Assembly: GCA_902384935.1 (NCBI GenBank)
Contig: CABMDO010000013.1
Location: forward strand, 4,370 to 68,369
DNA length: 64,000 bases
Source of the DNA: Candidatus Norongarragalina meridionalis
GTDB taxonomy: Archaea; Micrarchaeota; Micrarchaeia; Norongarragalinales; Norongarragalinaceae
Direction of reading: 5' to 3'
Shown one piece after another: positions 54,577 to 63,422 of this stretch. The stretch's first letter is position 1; each line of letters opens with the position of its first letter. Both the position numbers and the translations under genes were made by a program. The notes under the pieces are model-generated. The model worked only from the letters and a program-made list of their open reading frames with translations, did no database searches and was not told the origin of the DNA.

Positions 54577-55341
54577 ATGAGCGAACGCAACCCACCGGCG
54601 AAGCGCGCGCAAGCCGCGGTATTCGACGGAATCATGTTCCTCCTGCTCGTTTCGCTCAGTTGCACCTTCGTGTTCGTAACAGTCGCGTCCTACGGACAGC
54701 AGGAGGACCAGGTGATGCGCTCCGCGTACATGCTGAACTACATGCAGAGCGTGATGAAATCCGTTTATTTCATAGACGCGTCGACGATTTCCAACATCAA
54801 GCCCGACGCGACGCTTTACCCCAATCTCGACTGCCTTAAGACGAAGGATTATCCCGGCACCGTCAGCGTTTCGGATCTCGTCAAGCGCGACGTCGGCGAC
54901 CCGGCGCAGACGCATCCCCTCGGACCCGCGCTCGACGACAAGTTCGGCACCGCGGATTCGCCCGGAAAAACCGCGCTCCGCTGCTCGCTCGAGGAACTGA
55001 TGAAGCCGCTCTCGCTTTCCGGATACAAGTACTTCTCGGAATTCCTGGACCAGCGGCGTCCAACCGCGGAGTCGCCCTCGGGCAAGGCCGTTACCCAGCC
55101 GGAGACGCGCATCACGAACTCGATTCTTTTCGCGAAGCTCGCGGAGCCAGCCAAGCAGGAAGGGCAGATAGTCCAGCCCAGCGGCTGCGAACTCGCGAAG
55201 AACGCCGGGGCGAACGTGCTTTCCGTCGCCTCTCCGTTCAGGGTAATCAACTACATAGGCGGCGGCGAAACGTCCAACCGCTACATCTTCAGGATATGCG
55301 TGTGGCAGTCCAACGAAACGGCAGTCGGGCTTGGACGCTGA
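54577..55341 (+). CDS. Pilin-like protein 6
   Basis: MSERNPPAKRA|QAAVFDGIMFLLLVSLSCTFVFV. ATG lies 1 nt after the stop of the previous gene. Confidence 0.45.
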   Translation: MSERNPPAKRAQAAVFDGIMFLLLVSLSCTFVFVTVASYGQQEDQVMRSAYMLNYMQSVMKSVYFIDASTISNIKPDATLYPNLDCLKTKDYPGTVSVSDLVKRDVGDPAQTHPLGPALDDKFGTADSPGKTALRCSLEELMKPLSLSGYKYFSEFLDQRRPTAESPSGKAVTQPETRITNSILFAKLAEPAKQEGQIVQPSGCELAKNAGANVLSVASPFRVINYIGGGETSNRYIFRICVWQSNETAVGLGR

Positions 55342-55344
55342 GAA

Positions 55345-56802
55345 CTAAGCCGCGGATTCCGCCTTCTTCTTGACGCTTACGTCTTCGCCGCACTTGGGGC
55401 ACGTGTAGACGAAAGAGTCGGGCAGCGGGACAATCATCGGCGAGCAGTTGGTGCACATGCCCGAACCGCAGTACGGGCAGAACACGATGCGGGAGCTCTT
55501 CGAGCCGCACGTCGGGCATCCCGCGCTTTTCGATGCCTCCACCTTGACGAGATGGACGTCCTCTTTCGGCGCCTCGGCTTTTGATTCCGCGCCGCCTGCC
55601 ATGGCGCTGAGCTGCCCGAACAAATCGCTCTCCTTCGGCTCTATTTCCGGCGCTTTCTTTGGAGGCTGCCCGAACAAGTCCGACATCGTGAGTTCCTTCT
55701 TTTCCGCGGCAACCGGCGCAGCCTGCTTCCCCTTTGTTTCCTTCGCAGCCGGCGCCTCCTCCTTCGAAGTTTTAGTGTAAATCTCCTGCACGAGCAAGCC
55801 GTAATCGTCCCCTGCTTTCGCTTTCCCCGCCTCCGCCTTCTCCTGCTGCTTCCTGTAAAGCCCCTGCACGAACGCCTGCAAGTCCGTGTCGCTTGTCACG
55901 GCAGTAGGCTGCCCCTTCTCCGCGAACCACCGCGTTCTGGGTTCGGGTTTCGCCTGTCCGGGCGTTGTTTTGTAGCCCATCTCGGCGAGCATTTCCTCTT
56001 CTTCGGTAGTCGGCTTCTGCGTTTGTCCTGCCTTTGCTCCGCCGAGGTACATGCGCCGCCTTCCCGCGGCTGTTTCAGTTGGAACGAAAACCTGCCCGCC
56101 TGGCTTCTCCCTCACTATGTCGGTAATCATCTGCTGGAACTCGGTTTCGCGCTGCGCCTGGGCGGCTTTGGAAGCGTCGCGCTTCGGCGCGCCAGGAACG
56201 CTCGGAGCGCCGGATTTCTTCGCAAGTATTCCCCTGAACGGCGCGGCGATTCCGGCGATGATTTTGCCGGCGTCAAAGCCTCCTCCTTGCGAAGGGGTTT
56301 GCGCGTAGCGTCGGCGTTCGTTCGCAGCAGCGGGAGTCGCGTAAGTAATGGCGGCTGGCGCGGTTACGGGCATTGCCGCAGTTGCGGCGCCTTGCGCCTT
56401 CGCCGGCGCGGCAGGCGCCTTCTCGTCGCCTACGGCGCGCCTTATGGTAAGCAGCTTCTGTACCACCGGGCTTTTCCTGCGCGGTATTCCAACGACGACG
56501 TAGTCGGGTTTCGCAGCCATCGCCGCGACTTTAACCGCGAGGAACGCAGCCAGAACGAAAATGAAAACGAACGTAACCGCGAATCCTGCCGCCGCGGCGA
56601 CAGCTCCCCCTCCCGCTAGCACGAAATCCGCCGCTAACGAAAGCACGACGATTCCTGCGCCCACGCCGAGCGAATACGTCAGCTTCTTCCTCTGCGAAAA
56701 AAGCCGCACGTCGGGATAGTTCAGGCGAAGAAGGAGATAGCCGAGCGACACGGAACCGGCGATCAGGTAAAGATAGTAGACCGCGGCGAGCCACGCTTCC
56801 AT
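55345..56802 (-). CDS. Membrane protein with N-terminal TM helices, long low-complexity Ala/Lys/Pro-rich region and C-terminal double zinc ribbon
   Basis: C-terminal CPTCGS...CPYCGSGMCTNC...CPKCG. 485 aa. Confidence 0.45.
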   Translation of the reverse strand: MEAWLAAVYYLYLIAGSVSLGYLLLRLNYPDVRLFSQRKKLTYSLGVGAGIVVLSLAADFVLAGGGAVAAAAGFAVTFVFIFVLAAFLAVKVAAMAAKPDYVVVGIPRRKSPVVQKLLTIRRAVGDEKAPAAPAKAQGAATAAMPVTAPAAITYATPAAANERRRYAQTPSQGGGFDAGKIIAGIAAPFRGILAKKSGAPSVPGAPKRDASKAAQAQRETEFQQMITDIVREKPGGQVFVPTETAAGRRRMYLGGAKAGQTQKPTTEEEEMLAEMGYKTTPGQAKPEPRTRWFAEKGQPTAVTSDTDLQAFVQGLYRKQQEKAEAGKAKAGDDYGLLVQEIYTKTSKEEAPAAKETKGKQAAPVAAEKKELTMSDLFGQPPKKAPEIEPKESDLFGQLSAMAGGAESKAEAPKEDVHLVKVEASKSAGCPTCGSKSSRIVFCPYCGSGMCTNCSPMIVPLPDSFVYTCPKCGEDVSVKKKAESAA

Positions 56803-56848
56803 GAAACGATTACAAACCTCTTATTTAAATCCCCGCCGTAAATATTGC

Positions 56849-57091
56849 ATGGCAGCGACTCTCGACATGTTCGTGCAGGACGCGCCCCTGCTTTTGTTCT
56901 ACGCGGTGATAGCGGCGCTCGTGCTGTTCCCGCTCGTATTCCTGATGTCGTTTGTTTACGAGGCGCTTTGCAAGAAGTGGGAGAAGTCGCCGAAAATCCT
57001 CCTGATGCTTTTGTGCACGTTCATCGGCGTGCTCGCCGCTGCGCTGATGCTTTATTTCTATCTCGGGGCGTCGCTTACGCCGGCTACGTAA
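56849..57091 (+). CDS. Small 2-TM membrane protein
   Basis: MAATLDMFVQDAPLLLFYAVIAALVLFPLVF... with GC3-rich codons. Confidence 0.35.
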   Translation: MAATLDMFVQDAPLLLFYAVIAALVLFPLVFLMSFVYEALCKKWEKSPKILLMLLCTFIGVLAAALMLYFYLGASLTPAT

Positions 57092-57788
57092 AGGAAACGA
57101 GTTTCTTCTTGACGTCCTCAAGGCTCAGCATAGTCACGAGCAGCGGGATTCCCTCGTTCTCCGCGATTTTGACGGCGAGCTTGTCCACCTTGTCCGCGGA
57201 AAGCCCGTGCAAAACTACGACTGCGGGTTTTATCGGCGCGATGCGCACCGCCACCATCGGGCTTCTTCCGGTTGTCGTCCCCGTGAACAGCAGAGCCCTC
57301 TGGGAAGTCGTGCTGTATATCTTGACAAAGGATTCGTACGGCATCTCCAGGATGACTTTCACGGAATCCAGGATGGTGCATCCGAAAATGGAAATCTTCG
57401 AAAGCTTATCCTCGTTGCACAGCGCCTTCGCCTCGATGGCTTTGGCGAAATCAGCCAGAAGAACGGTTTTCTTGAAGTTCACGATGTCGAAGAACGTCTG
57501 TTCGGGTTCCGATTCGCGGAGGCGCTTCACGAGCTCCCCGCCCTTCTTTATGTCTATCTCGAACAGGGCGTCGACGAAGCGCTTTATGATTGCGATTCCT
57601 GGGCTCTTGCGGCGGTTTCCCTCGTAATCGCTTATGGTCGAAGGCGTGATTTTCAGGAACTCGCTGAGCTCGCTCTGGCTGATGCCGAACACCTCGCGCC
57701 ACTTCTTCATCGTCGCGCCGACGTCTTCCGATAGCGCGATTTCCCCAGCGATTTTCACTTTAAGCTGTTCGAGTGCCACGAAATCCAA
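57084..57788 (-). CDS. HTH (XRE-like) transcriptional regulator with C-terminal domain of unknown function
   Basis: HTH MKKWREVFGISQSELSEFLKITPSTISDYEGNRRKS. 234 aa. Confidence 0.55.
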   Translation of the reverse strand: MDFVALEQLKVKIAGEIALSEDVGATMKKWREVFGISQSELSEFLKITPSTISDYEGNRRKSPGIAIIKRFVDALFEIDIKKGGELVKRLRESEPEQTFFDIVNFKKTVLLADFAKAIEAKALCNEDKLSKISIFGCTILDSVKVILEMPYESFVKIYSTTSQRALLFTGTTTGRSPMVAVRIAPIKPAVVVLHGLSADKVDKLAVKIAENEGIPLLVTMLSLEDVKKKLVSFT

Positions 57789-57843
57789 TCCCCGATAAAC
57801 CGCACGCCGAGTGCGTTAAAAAGCGTTTCGTCAAACGGCGAAC

Positions 57844-58401
57844 TCAGCGTCTCTTTCTGCCGATGAGGAGGAATGCCGCCAGCAAAACCAGCCCTACGGC
57901 TGCGAGGATTAATGCCGTGCCGTCGTTTGTTTCCGCGGGTCGGGCGGTGGGCAGCGATGTCGGCGTCGCAGTTGCCGCAGGCGTTGCCGTGGAGGTTGCA
58001 GTCGGAGTGGCGGAGGCGAAGCTGATGTCGCAGGCAACCTTGCTCCCATCCTTTACTACGAGCCTTGCCGCATTCCCGAAATGCTTCGCGCTTATGTCGA
58101 ACGTTCCGTCCACCGTTTCCTCGCCGCCGATCATCGTCCCGTTTTCGTCTAATGCGTCCCAGTGCACCGTCGGCGCATCGAAGTAGAACGAGTCCAGCAT
58201 GCTTCCGTTTGCCGCGTAAAGCCTGTAAGAGAACCTGCCTTCGTTCGGAAACATGCGGTAGTCGTCGGGAAAACCCGCCTGCGGCTCCGCCGAAAGGCAT
58301 GACAGCGTTCCGTTGGAATAATTCATCTCGACTACAAGCGTCGTCGCGCCTACTCCTGCAAAGAGCGCGAACGCAAAGGTCAGCAGCAGCATTTTTCTCA
58401 T
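57844..58401 (-). CDS. Small secreted protein with Thr/Pro/Ala linker and C-terminal TM anchor
   Basis: Signal peptide MRKMLLLTFAFALFAGVGA. ATPTATSTATPAATATPTS linker. TM helix and RKRR tail. Directly downstream of the M64-like protease. Confidence 0.5.
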   Translation of the reverse strand: MRKMLLLTFAFALFAGVGATTLVVEMNYSNGTLSCLSAEPQAGFPDDYRMFPNEGRFSYRLYAANGSMLDSFYFDAPTVHWDALDENGTMIGGEETVDGTFDISAKHFGNAARLVVKDGSKVACDISFASATPTATSTATPAATATPTSLPTARPAETNDGTALILAAVGLVLLAAFLLIGRKRR

Positions 58402-58402
58402 T

Positions 58403-59650
58403 TCAACCGAACCTCTTCAGCATTTTTTCAAGCGCCACCGTGCATATCGGACAGAACGACTGCCCGCCGCTCATCACGCACGCATCCTTTTTCACAGGCG
58501 TGAACCTATCCAAATAGTCGTAGAGCGCGCCTGGGAAGCAGCCAGTTCCGCTCACGCAGCCGGTTCCGAAGTCGCAGCCGAGAACGAAGTCCATCGCAAG
58601 CCCTTTTCTGCCAGTCCCTTCGAATTCCTTCTGCACGGCGTCAAAGCATTCGGCATTTGCGTTCCTTCCGCATTCGAGGAGTTTCCGCCAGTATTCCGCG
58701 CACGCCGGCGACGCGGCAGACCCTCTGGAGCACCAATTCGGGCATCCGATTTCGTCGATGTTGGGATAGCCGATGAACGGAGGGGTGTCGGCTTCTTTGT
58801 ACAGGTTTCCGACGTTTAACAATGATTCGTCGCCCAGGTACGCGAACACGTGCCCGAACTCGTGCGCCAGTATGGCTTCGCCATCCCGCTTTGTCGCGAC
58901 GTCCCTTCCGGGCGCGTACAAGGAAGCGGGCACCAGCGCGATTCCGGACAACATGAACCCATATCCGATGTCCTCGATGCCCTTCGAGAGGACCGCCGTC
59001 ACCGTGCGCCTGCATCCCCGCACGAGCGCGGCAACCTCGGCTTGCGTCTTCTCATCCTGCCAGTCGAACGAACTGCCGAGCAGGAACTCCGCCCTGTAGA
59101 AGTTGAACTTGCCGATGTTGGACGCGAACGGTTCGGTGACGCGGAATGCGGCTGCGGCGTTTTCAGCGCTTTCCTCAAACAACCGGCGCTCGTCTGTCCC
59201 GAATCCGTCGGGCACGAACACGACGTTCAGGGCTTTTTCCTCGTCTACTTCCCCGCCGAATTTCTCGCACGTTCCAGATTCCAGTCCGGGAAGCGCCATG
59301 AGCATCGAGGCGAACGATTTCTTTACGCCTAGGAAAATCACGACGACGCCAGTCATCTCGGTTATTTTCGGGTTTTCGTCGAAGCCGACGATGCAGTTTG
59401 GGTCGTGTCCGCCGCATATGATTTTCCCGTTTTCCGTTATCTCAAGCGCCACCGAATCGTCGGAGATGTCGGCCGCGCTTATCAGCAGTTCCCTGCCGCC
59501 TGCGTTGAGCGCTATGCCCACGTCCTGCGTAATCCGCGCAATCCTTGCGGGCGTCGCCTTGTCGAGCGAAAGCTTGACGAAGTCGTCGTTCGTATTCTGT
59601 GCCGCGAAAACAAACGCGGCGAAAAGGAGCAGTAGCAGCAGCCGCTTCAT
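58403..59650 (-). CDS. Secreted zinc metallopeptidase, M64 (IgA-peptidase)-like
   Basis: Signal peptide MKRLLLLLLFAAFVFAA. HExxH zinc motif in HEFGHVFAYLGDE (resembling the M64 consensus HE[LF]GH.F..L.DEY). Start at MKRLL (59648-59650). The track extension to 59935 is rejected. Confidence 0.55.
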   Translation of the reverse strand: MKRLLLLLLFAAFVFAAQNTNDDFVKLSLDKATPARIARITQDVGIALNAGGRELLISAADISDDSVALEITENGKIICGGHDPNCIVGFDENPKITEMTGVVVIFLGVKKSFASMLMALPGLESGTCEKFGGEVDEEKALNVVFVPDGFGTDERRLFEESAENAAAAFRVTEPFASNIGKFNFYRAEFLLGSSFDWQDEKTQAEVAALVRGCRRTVTAVLSKGIEDIGYGFMLSGIALVPASLYAPGRDVATKRDGEAILAHEFGHVFAYLGDESLLNVGNLYKEADTPPFIGYPNIDEIGCPNWCSRGSAASPACAEYWRKLLECGRNANAECFDAVQKEFEGTGRKGLAMDFVLGCDFGTGCVSGTGCFPGALYDYLDRFTPVKKDACVMSGGQSFCPICTVALEKMLKRFG

Positions 59651-59676
59651 GACAGAATAAGCGTTGTGCGTGCTTT

Positions 59677-60012
59677 TTATCTTATCTTCCAGTAAATCAG
59701 GCCGAGCAGGACCACGCCGACTCCGAGAATCGTCAAATCCAGGTTGTACAGGAACGTGATGAGCAGGAGCAGCGAAAGCCCCAGCATGAAGAACGTGAGC
59801 GGATCCATCCCGAATATGCCCGGCTGCTTGTACGCCGGCGGAGGCGCGAGATTGCCGCTTCCGGGCTGAGGCCCTCCCTGGGAAATCGGGGTTACGTTCC
59901 CCGTAGCGGGGTCGACCTTTACGGCAAAGCCGCATTTCTTGCAGTAAACGACGCTGTTCGCTTCATCAACGTCGAGATTCGGGTTGCCGCACTGCGGGCA
60001 CGCTATGTCCAC
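59677..60012 (-). CDS. Zn-ribbon + C-terminal TM small protein
   Basis: CPQCG...CKKCG zinc ribbon, then a Pro-rich linker and a TM helix. Confidence 0.4.
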   Translation of the reverse strand: MDIACPQCGNPNLDVDEANSVVYCKKCGFAVKVDPATGNVTPISQGGPQPGSGNLAPPPAYKQPGIFGMDPLTFFMLGLSLLLLITFLYNLDLTILGVGVVLLGLIYWKIR

Positions 60013-60063
60013 GGAGGCATTAAGAAGCGCGCTTTTAAAACCGTTCCTTCAGTTCCCTTTAAC

Positions 60064-61080
60064 GTGAAGGACGCGCTGCTCTGGGAGAAGAAAGGCGAAA
60101 AAGTCCACTGCCTTCTGTGCGCACATTCCTGCGTCATTCCCGAAGGCGGCGTAGGTTTCTGCGCGTGCCGCCTGAACGAAAACGGAAAGCTGAAAACGCT
60201 CACTTACGGGAAAAGCACGGGCTTCGCTTTGGATCCGATAGAAAAGAAGCCGTTCTACCATTTCCATCCCGGCTCCGCCGTCCTGTCGTTCGGAACGCCT
60301 GGTTGCAATTTCCGCTGCCTCGGGTGCCAGAACTGGCATCTTTCGCAGTCGCCCCGCGAAAGCAAGCGCGCATTCGACATCCCCGACACGATGCCCGTGG
60401 AAATCGCGAAAATGGCTGTTCGTGAAAAAGCGGACGGCATCGCCTACACTTATTCCGAACCCACCATATTCTTCGAATACGCCCGCGACACGATTCTTGA
60501 AACCAAAAAGCTGGACAAGAAGAAATTCCACGTCTTCGTTTCAAACGGCTTTTTCTCCGAGGGCATGTGGAAGCTCTCGATGAAGGAAAAACTGATTGAC
60601 GCAATACGGATAGACCTGAAATCCTTTTCCGATAAGTTCTATCGCGAGTATTGCGGCGCCCGACTCGAGCCCGTGCTCGACTCGATCAAGCGCGTGAAAA
60701 AAAGCAAAATTCCGCTGGAACTGATCACATTGCTTGTTCCAGGCAAGAATGATTCCGCCGAGGAGATTCGTGCCATTTCCGATTTTGTCGCCTCACTCGA
60801 CAAGAACATTCCCCTGCATTTCATCCGCTTCTTCCCGCAGTACAAGGCGGGAGATTTAGGTGCGACGCCGACGGAATCGCTTTTCAAAGCCAAGGAAATC
60901 GCGCGCGGCGAGGGGTTGCGCTACGTCTACGTTGGAAATCTTGGAGGAGAGGACGACACCTTCTGCCCGAAATGCGGAACTAAAGTAATAGAACGCGCCG
61001 GTTTCTCAGTTGCACAGAATGCGCTCCGCAACGGCGCATGCCCGTCCTGCGGCGCGAAAATCGCGGGCGTCTGGGCGTAG
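60064..61080 (+). CDS. AmmeMemoRadiSam-system-type radical SAM enzyme (PFL-activase-like)
   Basis: N-terminal Cys cluster (CLLCAHSCVIPEGGVGFCACR), radical SAM CxxxCxxC (GCNFRCLGCQN), C-terminal CPKCG...CPSCG. 338 aa. Confidence 0.65.
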   Translation: MKDALLWEKKGEKVHCLLCAHSCVIPEGGVGFCACRLNENGKLKTLTYGKSTGFALDPIEKKPFYHFHPGSAVLSFGTPGCNFRCLGCQNWHLSQSPRESKRAFDIPDTMPVEIAKMAVREKADGIAYTYSEPTIFFEYARDTILETKKLDKKKFHVFVSNGFFSEGMWKLSMKEKLIDAIRIDLKSFSDKFYREYCGARLEPVLDSIKRVKKSKIPLELITLLVPGKNDSAEEIRAISDFVASLDKNIPLHFIRFFPQYKAGDLGATPTESLFKAKEIARGEGLRYVYVGNLGGEDDTFCPKCGTKVIERAGFSVAQNALRNGACPSCGAKIAGVWA

Positions 61081-61111
61081 CGTTTATTAATGCCCGCGCG
61101 TTCTTTTTCTC

Positions 61112-61735
61112 ATGCCATTCCAGGGACTTTTCAAGTGGCTGATGGGTTTCTTCCGCGGAAGGAAGGCGTTCAGCCTCGGAATTTACGGGAACGTCAATAC
61201 GGGAAAGAGCACTCTTGCGAACAGAGTCTCGATGGACTGGACCGGCGAGGCGATGAGCAAGGTTTCGGAAATCCCCCACGAGACGCGCGAAGTAATCAAG
61301 AAGGAGCGCGTTTCCATCAAGGTCGATGGCAAGGAACTTACGATTAATCTGCTCGACATGCCCGGCATTGCGACTAAAGTCGATTACCACGAGTTCGTGG
61401 ACTACGGCATGTCGAAAGGGGACGCGCAGCAGCGCGCGAAAGAAGCGACGAAGGGAATCATCGAAGCTATAAAATGGCTGGAGCACGTGGACATAGCGCT
61501 CGTCGTGATGGACGCGTGCCTGGACCCGTACACCCAGGTGAACATAACGATTCTCGGAAACCTCGAGGCGAGGAACATCCCCGTCATAATCGTCGCGAAC
61601 AAAATCGACAAGAAATCCGCGAAGCCCGAGCGCATCCGCGCGGCTTTCCCGCAGCATTCCGTGGTCGAGATATCCGCGCTCAAGGGCGACAACGTGAACA
61701 AGCTCTACGAGGAAATCGTGAAGAGGGCGCGCTAA
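61112..61735 (+). CDS. Small GTP-binding protein (MMR_HSR1/Era-like family)
   Basis: P-loop GNVNTGKST. G4 NKID. 207 aa. Confidence 0.65.
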   Translation: MPFQGLFKWLMGFFRGRKAFSLGIYGNVNTGKSTLANRVSMDWTGEAMSKVSEIPHETREVIKKERVSIKVDGKELTINLLDMPGIATKVDYHEFVDYGMSKGDAQQRAKEATKGIIEAIKWLEHVDIALVVMDACLDPYTQVNITILGNLEARNIPVIIVANKIDKKSAKPERIRAAFPQHSVVEISALKGDNVNKLYEEIVKRAR

Positions 61736-62086
61736 ATGGCAATCCAGTTCGAGTTCATATCCTCCGACACGGTTATGGGCAAGTCCAGCGAGGAGAAAAT
61801 CAACATCATAATGAAATCGGTTCGCAAGGACAAGATTCTCGTGCTTGAGGAGCCGCTCACGCCCGCGGAGGAAAAACTGCTCATCATGAAAACCATGACC
61901 GCTATAACACGCGACTTCCCCGGAATCGAGGTGTGCTCGCTCGGAAACACCGTCGACGACCTCAAGAGCCGCGTCATCAAGTTTCTCGGCGGAAAGACGT
62001 CGGGCTTAACCGTCGTAGGGCCGTCCAACCTGGTGCATCAGGTAAAAAGGGACCCGAACAAACTGCGCTTCGTGGCGGGGAAATAA
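61736..62086 (+). CDS. DUF2073-like archaeal protein (GTPase-associated)
   Basis: 116 aa, immediately downstream of (abutting) the GTPase gene. Conserved archaeal neighbourhood. Confidence 0.4.
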   Translation: MAIQFEFISSDTVMGKSSEEKINIIMKSVRKDKILVLEEPLTPAEEKLLIMKTMTAITRDFPGIEVCSLGNTVDDLKSRVIKFLGGKTSGLTVVGPSNLVHQVKRDPNKLRFVAGK

Positions 62087-62087
62087 C

Positions 62088-62498
62088 ATGCCGCATAAGT
62101 GCGTGCGTTGCGGAAAGGTTTTCGCCAACAACTCTCCCGAGCTCGTGAAAGGATGCCCGTGCGGCTCGCGCGTTTTTCTCTTCCTCAGGGAGGACCAGGT
62201 GACGCTCAAGGAACTAGTTGAAAGCGGGATGTCCGAGAAGGAGGCGGAGAAAAAGGTGCCCGACGCGCCGAAGGCTCCGGTTGACGTTTCGCATCTGCAT
62301 TGGCTTGAGGAGGAACTGGCTTTCCTGTCAAAAGACAAGCCCGTGTCGGTTGACTTGGACGCGGTTGAGAACCTGAAGATACTTGAGCCTGGTTCCTACG
62401 AGTTGGACATATCGTCGCTGATGAAGGGCAACCCTCTCGTCATAAAATCCGAGCACGACATCTACTACATCAAGCTGCCCTCGCTGAAACGCAAGTAG
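62088..62498 (+). CDS. Zn-ribbon protein (DUF2072-like)
   Basis: CVRCG...CPCGS zinc ribbon at the N-terminus. 136 aa. Confidence 0.45.
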   Translation: MPHKCVRCGKVFANNSPELVKGCPCGSRVFLFLREDQVTLKELVESGMSEKEAEKKVPDAPKAPVDVSHLHWLEEELAFLSKDKPVSVDLDAVENLKILEPGSYELDISSLMKGNPLVIKSEHDIYYIKLPSLKRK

Positions 62499-62509
62499 CG
62501 CGGAAACAA

Positions 62510-62932
62510 TCAGCACTTTCCCTTCTTTTTCATGCGTTCCGCCGCTATTGCCGCGACTCCCGCGACAACTGCGCCCAGAATCGCGTTAAGCACGACAATC
62601 AGCGCGAAAACAACAATCAGCCAGAGCGTCGACGGCACCGATATGCCGAGCACGGGCCTTCCGCCCAGCATTTTCGAGAGCATTCCTACCACGCACAGGG
62701 AAAGCGCCGCCCCTCCCATCAGTGTCGCTCCTTTAACCGCCGCTTCCTTCGGCTTCGCCATCATCCAGCCGACGTAAATAAGAAGCGCGTCGAACGCCAC
62801 CGTAAAGAGAAGGTTGCCGGCGTCGTACGCAGTTATCACGGGAAGCAGCCCAGAGGCGATGAGCGCAGCTTCGAGTGCGCCGAGAATTACGAATGCCGCG
62901 AGCATTTTCAAGTCCGATTTCATTTTCGCCAC
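62510..62932 (-). CDS. Hypothetical 4-TM membrane protein
   Basis: 140 aa, hydrophobic throughout, KKKGKC tail. Confidence 0.4.
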   Translation of the reverse strand: MAKMKSDLKMLAAFVILGALEAALIASGLLPVITAYDAGNLLFTVAFDALLIYVGWMMAKPKEAAVKGATLMGGAALSLCVVGMLSKMLGGRPVLGISVPSTLWLIVVFALIVVLNAILGAVVAGVAAIAAERMKKKGKC

Positions 62933-62938
62933 CGTACC

Positions 62939-63418
62939 TTACTTCTTAGCATATCCTTTGATTCTGTCACGCTTTTCAGTGCCTGCGGGAACGCGCGAGC
63001 CCTTGACGTTGCGAACGGTTCGCTCCCCGAATCCCCTTGCTCTGAAAATCTCCTGTTCGCCGAGCTTCCCGCCCATTCCGAGCAACCCGCCGCTTTTCTC
63101 GAGGTTCATAGTGTTTACGACGCGCGCGCCCTTTTCAGCGAGGCGGGAAACAACACGCTCGGTTTCGTCGCGCTTCGCCTTGCCCGAATGCACGCAGAAC
63201 AGCGCCACCTTCCTGCCGTTCCAGTCCGCCCTTTCCACCAGCGCTTCCAGCCTCGCGTCCTTTTTCAGCGGCTTGGTTTCAAATCCCAGAAAAACGAGTT
63301 CGTAATCCCCGGGCTCCTCGGCGCGTTCCGCCTGTTCGCCCGCAGCGGAAACGCCCTCAACGAGCGCTTTCGCTGCCTCGTCAAGTGCTTCGCTGGTTAC
63401 GACGACGGCTACGCGCAT
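62939..63418 (-). CDS. Flavodoxin-like fold protein
   Basis: MRVAVVVTS... N-terminus and alternating beta/alpha pattern. Weak assignment. Confidence 0.3.
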   Translation of the reverse strand: MRVAVVVTSEALDEAAKALVEGVSAAGEQAERAEEPGDYELVFLGFETKPLKKDARLEALVERADWNGRKVALFCVHSGKAKRDETERVVSRLAEKGARVVNTMNLEKSGGLLGMGGKLGEQEIFRARGFGERTVRNVKGSRVPAGTEKRDRIKGYAKK

Positions 63419-63422
63419 CGCT

